Positions 10,314 through 21,000 of a stretch of 64,000 nucleotides of DNA are shown here, piece after piece (within the stretch, counting starts at the first letter, position 1; each line of letters opens with the position of its first letter). Location of the stretch: the NCBI GenBank assembly GCA_964649235.1, contig CAZYOZ010000001.1:9102-73101 (forward strand). The letters run 5' to 3'. The notes under the pieces are model-generated. The model was not told the DNA's origin. It saw only the letters and a list, made by a program, of their open reading frames with translations, and made no database searches. Position numbers and translations under genes: made by a program. This stretch comes from an uncultured Candidatus Bathyarchaeia archaeon. GTDB lineage: Archaea; Thermoproteota; Bathyarchaeia; 40CM-2-53-6.

Positions 10314-11375
10314 TTGCAGAGAATGAAGGAAGTCAAGCTTGTCTTCGTGGGTTTCGGCACAGTAGCACAAGGTTGCGCGAGGCACCTGGTCAGGCTTGCG
10401 CCACGCCTACAACGCGAATTCGGTTTCACGTACAAAGTCGTCGCTGTCACAGACATAGTCAAAGGTTCCACACAGAACATAGACGAGGGCATCGACTTGT
10501 CCAAGGCGCTGGAGGCGGTGGATAAGGGGAAGAGGTCAGGTGAGCAGGTGCCATTGGGCAAGATTGAGTTCTCCTCGATTGATACGATAAAGACTTCCGG
10601 CGCGGACATTCTCATCGAGGCGACTTGGACGAACCTGAAAGACGGCGAACCCGGGCTCACCCACATCGTGACTGCTCTTGAGAATGGCATGGACGTGGTG
10701 ACTTCGAACAAAGGCCCAATTGCTCTGGCCTTCAGGAAGCTCAGGAAATTGGCTGAATCAAGAGGCAGGTCCCTAAGGTTCGAATCCGCTGTCATGAGCG
10801 GCACGCCAATCTTCAATCTGCACGAATTCTGCTTAGCAGGTGCTAGGATAGATGGATTGAGAGGTATTCTCAACGGAACAACAAACTACATGCTAACAGA
10901 GATGGCTAGTGGGAAGAGCTACAACGACGCCCTCAAGCAAGCCCAGGAGCTGGGTTACGCTGAAACCGATCCTTCGGGCGATGTGGAAGCCCATGACCCA
11001 GCTGCCAAGGTCACAATCCTCGCGAATGTTCTGATGAATGCTGAATTGAACTACAAGGATGTGCCGAGGGATGGGATTACCCACATAACTGGAGACGACA
11101 TACGACGGGCCGCCGAGGAATCAAAGCGGATTAAGCTAATTGCGTCGGCTTCTCGTCACGAAGACGGTCAGGTCGAAGCCGAAGTCAAACCGACCTTGCT
11201 CCCAGACAGCGCCTTCCTCGCGCATGTGGCAGGCGTGACGAATGCCCTTCAGATCTCGACCGACGTACAACCAGATGTGACCATCGTTGGGCCTGGAGCT
11301 GGCGGAGATTCGGCTGGTTATGGTTTGGTAAGCGACATCTTGGCGGTTCACAGGCTTAGGTCAGGAACAAAGTGA
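10314..11375 (+). CDS. hom: Homoserine dehydrogenase
   Basis: GFGTVA, VTSNKGP, ILNGTTNYML, AQELGYAETDP, GPGAGG. Confidence 0.92.
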   Translation: MQRMKEVKLVFVGFGTVAQGCARHLVRLAPRLQREFGFTYKVVAVTDIVKGSTQNIDEGIDLSKALEAVDKGKRSGEQVPLGKIEFSSIDTIKTSGADILIEATWTNLKDGEPGLTHIVTALENGMDVVTSNKGPIALAFRKLRKLAESRGRSLRFESAVMSGTPIFNLHEFCLAGARIDGLRGILNGTTNYMLTEMASGKSYNDALKQAQELGYAETDPSGDVEAHDPAAKVTILANVLMNAELNYKDVPRDGITHITGDDIRRAAEESKRIKLIASASRHEDGQVEAEVKPTLLPDSAFLAHVAGVTNALQISTDVQPDVTIVGPGAGGDSAGYGLVSDILAVHRLRSGTK

Positions 11376-12766
11376 AAGAGATGATAGATGTAAAGGACAA
11401 GTATTCAGGCGAAGTGATCGGAAGAGTCCCGTCTGTTTCACCTGAACAGGTGCCTAGCATCATCGAGATGGCCTTCAAGGCCTTCGCCAGATACCTAGAA
11501 ACTCTGCCCTTGCACAGGAGGGCAGAGATTCTGACGGAAGCGGCTTCACTCATCCGAAGGCGCCAAAATGATTTTGCGAAGCTGATCGCGCGGGAAGCTG
11601 GCAAACCGATCAAATATTCAAGAAAAGAAGCCACACGGGCTTCACTAACTATGCAGCTCTCTGCTGAAGAAGCCAAGCGACTTCATGGCGAAACAATTCC
11701 CTTCGACGCGGAACCCAGAGGAGAAGATAGAACCGGATATTGGTTTAGGGTTCCCGCTGGTTTGGTCCTTGCGATCACACCCTTCAACGACCCGCTAAAT
11801 CTAGTCGCACATAAACTAGGGCCCGCCGTAGCAGCCGGCAACACAGTAGTCCTGAAACCCTCCAGCTTGACTCCGCTCTCCGCAATCAGACTTGTTGGGA
11901 CACTCCAAGAAGCCGGGCTTCCTGAAGACTATATCCACGTAGTAACGGGTGAAGGTGAGAAGCTTGGCCCAGAACTCGTGTCAAACCCCAACGTTAGGGT
12001 CGTAACCTTCACTGGAGGGGTAGATGCCGGACAGAAAATTGCCAGGCTTGCCGGCCTGAAGAAAATTGCCTTGGAGCTGGGAAGCAACTGCCCCGTCATA
12101 GTCATGGAAGACGCGTCGCTGGACCTCACAGCCGCCTGCGTCCTAGATGCAGGTTACAACTGCCAAGGGCAGAACTGCATACACGCGCAACGCATTCTCA
12201 TTCATGAATCTCGGTATGAGGAGCTTGTCGCTAGGCTTGTTGAAGGGACGAAAAAACTGAAGGTGGGCAACCCTTTGGATGAGTCCACTGACGTCGGCCC
12301 TATGATAGCCGAATCCGAAGCCGCAAGGGTGGAAGAGTGGGTGGATGAGGCTCTCAAGAGCGGAGCTAATGTGATGGTCGGTGGGGAACGCCACGGAACC
12401 ATCTATCTGCCCACGATCCTTACCGATGTCCCAAAGGACGCCAAGGTCGCCACAGAAGAAGTGTTCGGCCCAGTCATGATCGTATCCAAATTCCAGAAAA
12501 TGCCAGATGCGATTCAGGAAAGCAACAGCACGAGCTACGGCTTGCATGCTGGAATCTTTACCAAATCCACAGACAACGCCTTGCGGGCGATCTCGAAGCT
12601 GAATTTCGGGTCAGTGCTAATCAATGACACGAGCGATTTCAGAGTCGACTTCATGCCCTTCGGAGGGATGAAGCACAGCGGACTCGGCCGAGAGGGGGTT
12701 AGGTTTGCGATCGAGGAAACTATGACCGAGATAAAGACGGTCATCTTCAGAAAACCAATTGCTTGA
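11372..12766 (+). CDS. Aldehyde dehydrogenase (GapN/lactaldehyde dehydrogenase-like)
   Basis: ITPFNDP, FTGG, LELGSN, GQNC, EEVFGP, PFGGMKHSG; GTGA overlap with hom. Confidence 0.9.
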   Translation: MKEMIDVKDKYSGEVIGRVPSVSPEQVPSIIEMAFKAFARYLETLPLHRRAEILTEAASLIRRRQNDFAKLIAREAGKPIKYSRKEATRASLTMQLSAEEAKRLHGETIPFDAEPRGEDRTGYWFRVPAGLVLAITPFNDPLNLVAHKLGPAVAAGNTVVLKPSSLTPLSAIRLVGTLQEAGLPEDYIHVVTGEGEKLGPELVSNPNVRVVTFTGGVDAGQKIARLAGLKKIALELGSNCPVIVMEDASLDLTAACVLDAGYNCQGQNCIHAQRILIHESRYEELVARLVEGTKKLKVGNPLDESTDVGPMIAESEAARVEEWVDEALKSGANVMVGGERHGTIYLPTILTDVPKDAKVATEEVFGPVMIVSKFQKMPDAIQESNSTSYGLHAGIFTKSTDNALRAISKLNFGSVLINDTSDFRVDFMPFGGMKHSGLGREGVRFAIEETMTEIKTVIFRKPIA

Positions 12767-12787
12767 CCATCTTGGCAGGCGCTCAGA

Positions 12788-13240
12788 CTAGCGAAAAGCA
12801 ATATCCCCTACTAACGGTTTCATTGCCTCAATCAACTTTCTAGTTGGAATCTTTACTAAGGAGCGAGTTGTTCCGCCACTGCTGTAAATGAAAGGTTTCT
12901 CGGCGACGTCTACATCGAGCACTAGCGTCCCTTCCACCACGACAAGTGGGACAGCGCCTGCTTCAAACCCGATAAGCTCCTGAACCTCGGACGCTTTCGC
13001 CATTCTCAGCCGGCGGCCGAGGAGAGTCGCCAGTTTCTGGACATCGAGTCTGTCAGTGCCCGAGAGAACAGCGATTACAGGTCTGTTCAACTCATCTACC
13101 AGAAGCAGGTTCTTCGTCATCGCTGAAACTGACACACCTGCGGCTTGGGCTGCGTCTTCAACCGTGTGGACGGAGGCACTGAAATCCAGAAACTCTGCGT
13201 CCAAGTTCATCTCGACGATCCGGCGTCTAAAATCAGACAT
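12788..13240 (-). CDS. YbaK/EbsC aminoacyl-tRNA deacylase family protein
   Basis: HTVEDAA, TKNLL, GFEAGAVP, SGG motifs. Confidence 0.85.
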   Translation of the reverse strand: MSDFRRRIVEMNLDAEFLDFSASVHTVEDAAQAAGVSVSAMTKNLLLVDELNRPVIAVLSGTDRLDVQKLATLLGRRLRMAKASEVQELIGFEAGAVPLVVVEGTLVLDVDVAEKPFIYSSGGTTRSLVKIPTRKLIEAMKPLVGDIAFR

Positions 13241-13265
13241 CAAATCTAGCGGTTCTTCCCTGGTT

Positions 13266-14465
13266 CTATGCCAATATGTTTGATTCGTATTGGCTTGTTA
13301 CCAGTTTTCCTTCGCGGAATCTGTTTGCTGAAAAGATGGTGAGATCCGGATGCTTCTTCCCATTCACGATCAATTGTGCCATGAGTTGCCCTACGACGGG
13401 TGAGAGTTTGAATCCATGGCCGCTGAAACCTGCAGCAATGTACAGGCCCTTTATCTCGGGGGATTCATCCAGGATTGGATGCCAGTCAGGTGTGACATCG
13501 TAGGGTCCAGACCAGCCCCTTTCCCAACGGCCCTGCGCCATAGCGGGAAAACGGTTGAAGAGCTTCTGCGAGTACGACATGACGGTTTCGTAGTCAACGC
13601 CCTCACAATAATCCGGATCATCAAGTTCGGGAAGGTTCGATTCCAGTGAACCCACCACGAGTCTATCATTGCCCTCGGGGCGGAAGTATATGCCGTTCAG
13701 AAAATCGCCCCAGACAGTCAACGTCGTCGTAAACTCGCGCGGCCTGACGAACATGCAATTCTGTTCTCTCAACACTCGAATCGGTAGCTTTGAGTGACCT
13801 TCAGGCATTACTTGACTGGCCCAGACATTTGTGGCGTTCACAACGCGCTCGCCAATTATCTCACCACTTTCCGTTCTGACACCTTTGACTTTGCCGCCAC
13901 TTGAAAGAATTTTCAATACTCGTGTGCGTTCAACGATTTCAACTCCAAGTTTCTCTGCTGCCTCGGCAAATGACTTGGTGGTTGCAGCAGGGTCGGCGTA
14001 TCCGGAGCGAGGTTCGAATGCGGCAGCTGCGATATCTTTCACGTTAGCGCCGGGTTGAAGTTTCTCGAGTTCGCCGGGCTCGACGATCGACGTTTCGATA
14101 CCAATTTTGCGTTGCATGTCTACATTTTTCTTCAAGCTGTCCAAGTCGCCAGGTCCGACTGCCAAGACGAAGCCTGTTCTCTTGAAGCCAGCATCACCTC
14201 CCACTTGCTGTGGGAAGTTCTCAAAGACCTTGAGGCTCTCTAGGGCCATTTCTGCCGTGACCGGGTTGCTGTAGTGCTGGCGAACTATCGCAGTCGACTT
14301 GCCTGTAGTACCCCAGCCTACGTGCTGGCGCTCAACCAGTATGATCCTCAGGCCTTGCTGTAGCTTTGCGGCATTGAAAGCGACGCTGCAGCCAACGCAG
14401 CCACCTCCCACTATGACGATATCTGCGCTATCGGCCAGTTCACTCACACCCATCTTGCCAGACAT
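13266..14465 (-). CDS. FAD-dependent amine oxidoreductase (sarcosine oxidase beta/DadA family)
   Basis: IVGGGCVG, TTGKSTAIVR, YDVTPDWHPIL, GFSGHGFK; start uncertain (14465 or 14453). Confidence 0.88.
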   Translation of the reverse strand: MSGKMGVSELADSADIVIVGGGCVGCSVAFNAAKLQQGLRIILVERQHVGWGTTGKSTAIVRQHYSNPVTAEMALESLKVFENFPQQVGGDAGFKRTGFVLAVGPGDLDSLKKNVDMQRKIGIETSIVEPGELEKLQPGANVKDIAAAAFEPRSGYADPAATTKSFAEAAEKLGVEIVERTRVLKILSSGGKVKGVRTESGEIIGERVVNATNVWASQVMPEGHSKLPIRVLREQNCMFVRPREFTTTLTVWGDFLNGIYFRPEGNDRLVVGSLESNLPELDDPDYCEGVDYETVMSYSQKLFNRFPAMAQGRWERGWSGPYDVTPDWHPILDESPEIKGLYIAAGFSGHGFKLSPVVGQLMAQLIVNGKKHPDLTIFSANRFREGKLVTSQYESNILA

Positions 14466-14645
14466 ATGTTTCCCATGAGGATTTAGCAATTTTTTCCGCG
14501 AGTATTCCTTTCTAATCATCTGGTCCTCTTAGCAAGTCACGAAGCAATGAAATAGCTCGGTCAGAGATTTCTACGAAAGCTATAACCATCCGCTGACTTC
14601 CTAGCAGCATGCTCGGAAAACAAAGGGGTTCCAAGGCTGCGAAAA

Positions 14646-15578
14646 TTGCCAGAACCGGCCCAAAAACACAAACTGGTCTGCGATACATTCATCCCGTTCG
14701 TAGAGCAAGCTCGCCGAATAACCGCAGAAGATTCGTCGAAGATAGTTTTTGACAACGGGAACGTCTATCATAAGGACAACCGGCTGAACGACCTCACGGC
14801 CCGCGAGTGGCTGAAGTTTCAGAAGAGCTGGTTCATACTCCGGCCGGCGCCGCGCGAGAAGGGCGTGGTGTTTCATCCAGCGAAGTTTCCTGAGGAGTTG
14901 GTTTCTGAATTTGTGCGCTTCTTTACTAAACAGGGTATGTGGGTTCTAGACCCAATGGCAGGGACAGGCAGCGCCCTAGTCGCGGCGGCTATGTCAGGTA
15001 GGAATGCGGTTGGTGTGGAGCTCCTAGAGAAATATGCGGCCATTGCGGCCCAGCGTGTTCAGCGACTAGCAAATCAAGCTAAACCGCAATCCTCGCGAAA
15101 AGTCAGGGTCAAGGTCATTGAGGGTGATGCGAGAGAAATCGACCGGATGAGTCTGCCAAGCTTCGACTATTGCATAACCTCGCCCCCATACTGGGATATG
15201 TTACAGGAGAAAGGTTTCGAGACCCAGCGGAAACGCCACGAAAAGAACCTAGATGTCTACTACTCAGAGGATCCTAGGGACCTAGGCAACCTGCATGACT
15301 ACAACAAGTTCTTGGACGAGCTGGAAATCATTTACGGAAGGATCGCAAATCTGCTGAAGCGCGGCGCTTACATGACTATCGTTGTAAAGAACGTGAAGAA
15401 GCGCGGAAAAGTCTACCCACTAGCTTGGGATATTGCATCCCGGGTTTCGAAATTCTTGGCCTTAAAGGATGAGAAAATCTGGGGGCAAGACGATATCAAG
15501 CTCGCCCCCTACGGGTACAGACACGCCTGGGTAAGCAACACAGTTCATCACTATTGTTTGAATTTCAGGAAAGAATGA
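14646..15578 (+). CDS. Amino (N4-C/N6-A) DNA methyltransferase, apparently orphan
   Basis: HPAKFP, DPMAGTGS (SAM-binding motif I), TSPPY (catalytic motif IV). Confidence 0.85.
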   Translation: MPEPAQKHKLVCDTFIPFVEQARRITAEDSSKIVFDNGNVYHKDNRLNDLTAREWLKFQKSWFILRPAPREKGVVFHPAKFPEELVSEFVRFFTKQGMWVLDPMAGTGSALVAAAMSGRNAVGVELLEKYAAIAAQRVQRLANQAKPQSSRKVRVKVIEGDAREIDRMSLPSFDYCITSPPYWDMLQEKGFETQRKRHEKNLDVYYSEDPRDLGNLHDYNKFLDELEIIYGRIANLLKRGAYMTIVVKNVKKRGKVYPLAWDIASRVSKFLALKDEKIWGQDDIKLAPYGYRHAWVSNTVHHYCLNFRKE

Positions 15579-15660
15579 ACAAGCACAGCATTTTGATGCC
15601 AGACGATTTGAGGCAGGCTTTTATCTCAGGCGGGCTGGACGAACCAGCCAGGTCACTAAC

Positions 15661-16200
15661 GTGCCCAGCAAAGCGAGGATGCTCGCGTTGATCGCCGCAT
15701 TGGCGGCTGCAAACGTGGCATTCCGGCTGGGTTTAGCGGGTGGACCGCCTAACGTCAAGCCTACGGCTTTTCTCGTCATAGTCAGCGGCGTGGTTGCGGG
15801 ACCGTTGCCAGGATTTGCGGTGGGGTGGCTGAGCATGACGCTCAGCGACTTGGTGGGGCCCTTCGGTGCCGGGGTGTGGACGCTGGAAACATCCGGTGGA
15901 ATGGCTACTGTGGGTCTGCTTGCAGGTTTCATCTGGCACAGGGTGAACAACCTGAGCCGCTGGAGAATGGCGTTTGGCGGTCTGCTTCTGACAATGCTGT
16001 TCGACATCGGGACCTCGGTTGTGGACGCTCTCCTATTTTCCTATCCGTGGTTCACAGCGGTCCTGGGCTTGTACGTCCCTTTCATTTCCGGCGGAATCAG
16101 TCCCTACCCATTCGGCATTGCCCATGAGCTTACGACGGCTGTGCTACTCGGAACCATCGGCCCCTCGCTCATTGCCCGAATAAGAAAAGTGTACCAATAG
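15661..16200 (+). CDS. ECF transporter S component
   Basis: PNVKPTAFLVIVSGVVAGP..GF.VG, about 5-6 TM helices. Confidence 0.8.
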   Translation: MPSKARMLALIAALAAANVAFRLGLAGGPPNVKPTAFLVIVSGVVAGPLPGFAVGWLSMTLSDLVGPFGAGVWTLETSGGMATVGLLAGFIWHRVNNLSRWRMAFGGLLLTMLFDIGTSVVDALLFSYPWFTAVLGLYVPFISGGISPYPFGIAHELTTAVLLGTIGPSLIARIRKVYQ

Positions 16201-16268
16201 CTGTCTTCATAGGGCGCAGACGAGATTCGGCATGAGTCCCTCTTGTACCTATACCGGTCGGCGAGATC

Positions 16269-16721
16269 ATGGTGAAGGTTGGCGACGCAGCACCTAGATT
16301 CCGTCTACAGTCATCGAAGGGCCACTACGTCGCCCTCGAGGATTTCTTGGACAAGAAGAACCTAGTCATCTACTTCTACCCGAAGGATTTCTCTGTTGGC
16401 TGCACCAAGGAAGCCTGTTCCTTCAGAGACTCCTACCATCTCTTTCAGGAACTGGACGCTGATATCATTGGAATCAGCCCCGACAGCAGATCATCGCACG
16501 AGGCGTTTGCAGACGAAGAGCGATTACCATTTCTACTCCTAACAGATGCAGATAGCTCGGTCAGAAGAGCCTATGGCGTTAAGTCCACTCTCAGTCTCAT
16601 TCCGGGCCGTGTCACCTTCGTCCTAGACAAGCAGGGAATAATCCAGCGAATTTTCTCATCTCAGATCCGTCCAGAACATCATGTTGTAGAAGCGCTGAAA
16701 GCACTCAAGGCACTCGGCTGA
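16269..16721 (+). CDS. bcp: Peroxiredoxin Bcp/PrxQ
   Basis: [20 protein letters not shown]. Confidence 0.92.
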   Translation: MVKVGDAAPRFRLQSSKGHYVALEDFLDKKNLVIYFYPKDFSVGCTKEACSFRDSYHLFQELDADIIGISPDSRSSHEAFADEERLPFLLLTDADSSVRRAYGVKSTLSLIPGRVTFVLDKQGIIQRIFSSQIRPEHHVVEALKALKALG

Positions 16722-16814
16722 GGGAAAGAGAACCATCTTCTCGTCTTGCGAATCATGCAAATCGCAAGTATCATATACCTAAATCCATCCTTGGCTGTGA
16801 AGGGTTCTTCCTCC

Positions 16815-16835
16815 CCTCCCAGTGCGCATGGGAGG
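16815..16835 (+). promoter_or_regulatory. Hairpin sequestering the carA Shine-Dalgarno sequence
   Basis: CCTCCCA-gtgcgca-TGGGAGG, perfect 7-bp stem containing GGGAGG. Confidence 0.45.
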
Positions 16836-16846
16836 ACTAAACGGAA

Positions 16847-18007
16847 CTGGTTCAAACTCCGCTACTCGCAAATCCGGAACACCCCCTCTTCAAGAACCGG
16901 GAACACTCGCTCCTCACACTTGAAGACGGATCCGTCTTCAAGGGCTTCTCCTTCGGCGCACCCTTACCCACGCAGGGCGAAGTAGTCTTCTCAACATCTA
17001 TGACCGGATACCCGGAAGCCCTCACAGACCCGTCGTACCGCGGGCAGATCCTCTGCCTAACCTATCCGCTCATCGGCAATTATGGCGTCCCAAGCTTAGA
17101 CGCTAAGGAAAATGGGCTGCCAGCCTTCTTCGAGTCAGACCAAATCCAAGTGCGCGGACTAGTCGTGCATGAAGTCTGTGAAACTCCGAGCCATCACGAA
17201 AGTGTTCGTTCTCTCAACGAGTGGCTCCGAGACGAAGGTATCCCTGGCCTTTGCGGCGTCGATACCAGGAGACTTGCGCGAACACTCCGAGAGAGAGGAG
17301 TAATGCTCGGCTCCATCAAGAGCGGAGAGAACTCAGAGGCAAAGGAGGCATCTTTCATACCGAACCCCAATCAAACTAACCTTGTGGCCGAGGTTTCCGC
17401 TCGGGAGAAGAAGATCTACTATCCCGAAAACGCGAATCGTATTGTCCTAATTGACTGTGGAGTCAAGTACGGCATTATCAGAAATCTCCTCAGGCGAAGA
17501 ATGGCTGTAATCCGCGTCCCATTTGACACGACAACGGATGCGATTCTCCAGGAGGAACCCGTAGGTGTCGTCGTGAGCAATGGTCCGGGCGACCCTAAGA
17601 TCTGCCAGCAAACGACCCAGACCATACACCAGCTGATTGAATATGGTATACCGATTCTTGGCATCTGTTTAGGAAACCAGTTGATTGCACTGGCCGAAGG
17701 TGGTGACACTTACAAGATGAAGTACGGGCACAGGTCTCAGAACCAGCCCGTTCTTGACGTTGAAACGGCAAGGTGCTACATCACGACACAAAACCATGGC
17801 TACGCAGTCGAGAAGACATCACTAGAACAAGCAGGCCTCCAAGTATGGTTCGTAAACGCAAACGACCACTCCATCGAGGGGATCAAGCACCCAAAGAAGC
17901 CCTGCATGGCTGTGCAATGGCATCCCGAGGCGTCGCCGGGTCCCACTGACACAGAGTTCATCTTCGACCATTTCCTCAAAGAGGTAAGAGACTACGCCTC
18001 GGCATGA
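16847..18007 (+). CDS. carA: Carbamoyl-phosphate synthase small subunit
   Basis: LTLEDGSVFKG..FG...GEVVFSTSMTGY (in frame upstream of 17000), SNGPGDP, GICLGNQ, HPEASPGP. Start must be near-cognate (CTG 16847 or ACG 16841). Confidence 0.93.
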   Translation: MVQTPLLANPEHPLFKNREHSLLTLEDGSVFKGFSFGAPLPTQGEVVFSTSMTGYPEALTDPSYRGQILCLTYPLIGNYGVPSLDAKENGLPAFFESDQIQVRGLVVHEVCETPSHHESVRSLNEWLRDEGIPGLCGVDTRRLARTLRERGVMLGSIKSGENSEAKEASFIPNPNQTNLVAEVSAREKKIYYPENANRIVLIDCGVKYGIIRNLLRRRMAVIRVPFDTTTDAILQEEPVGVVVSNGPGDPKICQQTTQTIHQLIEYGIPILGICLGNQLIALAEGGDTYKMKYGHRSQNQPVLDVETARCYITTQNHGYAVEKTSLEQAGLQVWFVNANDHSIEGIKHPKKPCMAVQWHPEASPGPTDTEFIFDHFLKEVRDYASA

Positions 18008-21000
18008 ATGGGTCAGAAAGACACTCGTTCTGGGTAGCGGCGCCATCAAGATAGGTGAAGCTGCGGAATTTGACTACAGCGGCTCCCAATGCTTGAAGGC
18101 ACTACGCGAAGAAGGCATAGAAACCATCCTCGTCAACCCGAACATCGCAACCTACCAAACAGACCCGAAACTAGCAGGTAGGGTCTACCTGCTTCCAGTC
18201 ACGGCTGACTACGTTGAGAAAGTTATCCGTAGAGAAAAACCCGACAGCATCTTGCTCGGCTTCGGCGGTCAGACAGCACTGAACTGCGGCGTCGAGTTAG
18301 CTGAGCGCGGCATTCTCGAAAAGCACGGCGTTCGAGTCTTGGGTACTCCCGTACGCGCAATACAAGAAACGGAGGACCGAGAACTCTTCAAGCAAGTCAT
18401 GCTGCGTTGCGGAACACCAATCCCAGCCAGCGCATCGGCCAAATCCGTTGACGAATGCGTAGCCCACGCGAAGCAAATTGGGTATCCAGTGATCATCCGA
18501 GTTGCCTACGCCCTTGGCGGCAAAGGCTCGGCTGTCGTATGGGACGACCAACAAATCAAGAAGGCCGCTGAGCCCGCACTGGCTCAGAGCGCCATCCATC
18601 AAGTGCTCGTTGAGGAGTACCTGCACCATTGGAAAGAAATTGAATATGAGGTCATGCGGGACGAGGCCGACAACTGCATTGCAGTCTGTAACATGGAAAA
18701 CTTCGACCCGATGGGGATTCACACTGGAGATTCAATCGTAATCGCACCTTCCCAGACACTAACGAACCGGGAATACCACAAACTCAGAGCAGCTTCGATC
18801 AACGTCATAAGAAGTCTCGGCATTGTGGGCGAATGCAATATTCAATGGGCGCTAGACCCTCAGAGCGGAAATATACGTGCCATCGAAGTCAACGCCCGTA
18901 TGTCCCGGAGCTCAGCCCTCGCCAGCAAAGCGACAGGTTACCCACTCGCATACATTGCCACCAAACTCGCGATCGGCTACACATTGACAGAACTCTGGAA
19001 CAAGATCACGAACGTTACGACCGCGTGCTTCGAACCTGCGTTGGATTATGTCGTCGTCAAAATACCCAGATGGGATCTGAGGAAGTTTCGAAGGATCGAC
19101 CGCCACATAGGCCCACAGATGAAGTCAGTCGGCGAAGTCATGGCCATAGGGCGTACCTTCGAAGAGGCTCTCCAAAAGGCAGTCAGAATGCTGGACACCC
19201 GCAAGCTGGGACTGGTCTGCAACCACGAAACAGACGAGTCGGCCGAGCAAACGCTAGAAACCCTACGCCATCCCACGGAGGAGAGATTGTGGGCTATAAT
19301 CAGAGCACTCAAGAACCATCTTTCGGTTGATAAGATTCATGAGCTGACCGGAATCGACCCTTGGTTCCTCAGCAAGATTTCGAATATAGTCAATGCTGAG
19401 GAAGTACTCCGACAATCCGGCCTAGATGATTCTGCAGCGCAACTCGTCAGGTATGCCAAAGAGCTTGGATTTTCTGACGCGCAGATCGCGGCATGCTGCC
19501 AAGCCGACGAACAATCAATTAGGGATTACAGGGCAAGAAACCGGATCAACCCTGTTGTGAAGCAGATCGACACCCTTGCGGCAGAGTGGCCAGCCAGAAC
19601 CAACTATCTGTACTTGACCTATGGTGGGGAAGATGACGAGATCGAATTTCAGCTCAGGAAGAAAGTCATCGTCCTCGGTGCGGGCGTCTTCCGAATTGGA
19701 TCAAGCGTCGAGTTCGATTGGAGTGCAGTCAACGCGGTTCTTGGATTGAAGGAAAACGGCATTGAAGAGGCTATACTCATCAACTGCAACCCTGAAACCG
19801 TTTCCACAGACTACGACATATGCGACAAGCTCTACTTCGAGGAACTGACCCTTGAGCGAGTCTTAGACATTTACGAGAAGGAAATGCCACAAGGAATCAT
19901 CGTCAGCGTGGGCGGGCAAACAGCGAACACGCTGGCACCTTCACTAGCAAAGCATGGCGCCAGAATACTGGGTTCGAGCAGCAGAACCATTGACCGCGCT
20001 GAAGACCGGGCAAAGTTCAGCTCACTTCTAGATAGACTGGACATACCCCAGCCCAGCTGGAGGAAAGCAACCTCCGTTCAGGCTTGCAGACGCTTCGCAA
20101 GAGAATTTGGATATCCGGTGCTCGTCCGGCCCAGCTACGTTCTCTCAGGGTCCGCCATGCGGGTTGCAGATAATGAGCAGCAGCTGGAAGAATACTTGGC
20201 GCTTGCCGCGAGCGTATCTCAGGAGCATCCTGTGGTCATCTCAAAGTTCTTCCTTAATGCGCGAGAGGTCGAAGTAGACGGGGTCTGTGACGGAACGACC
20301 ATTCTGCTAGGCCCCGTGATGGAACATATCGAGAACGCCGGCATACACAGCGGCGACGCCACGGTAAGCATTCCACCGAAAACGTTGCCCACAAACATCG
20401 CAAGGAAGGTTCGGGATTACAGCAAGGAGATTGCCCTGGGCCTAGGGGTCCGCGGTCCGTTCAATATTCAATACTTGGTGAAGGGCGACACGGTCTACGT
20501 GATTGAATGCAACGCCCGGGCGTCTCGGTCCATGCCCTACATCAGCAAATCCACAGGGCGAAACCTCATCCAAGCCGCAATCCCAGTCTTGATCGGTAAA
20601 CAGAAACTGAACAGGACCGACGCATCAGACGAGTCTGAGCCCCGGCATTTCAGCGTGAAAGTTCCACAGTTCAGTTTTGTACGACTGACTGGAGCGGATC
20701 CTGTTTCGAGTGTTGAAATGCTCAGCACCGGCGAAGTGGCCTGCCTAGGACGCAACTTCTCGGACGCCTTAGCAAAAGCGTTAGAGGCCACCGAAATCTC
20801 GCTGCCGCGCCTAGGAGGCGGTGTGCTCATCACCGTCGGCGGCAAGGAGCTCAAGGACCGCGTCATCCCAATCGCCATTGCCCTCGGGTCGCTGGGTTTC
20901 GAGATCTACGCAACCGAACATACAGCGCAGGCCTTGCATCTGTCAGGATTGAGAAGAGTCATTTCACTTCACAAAATAGGGGAGGCAGAGAAGAAACCGA

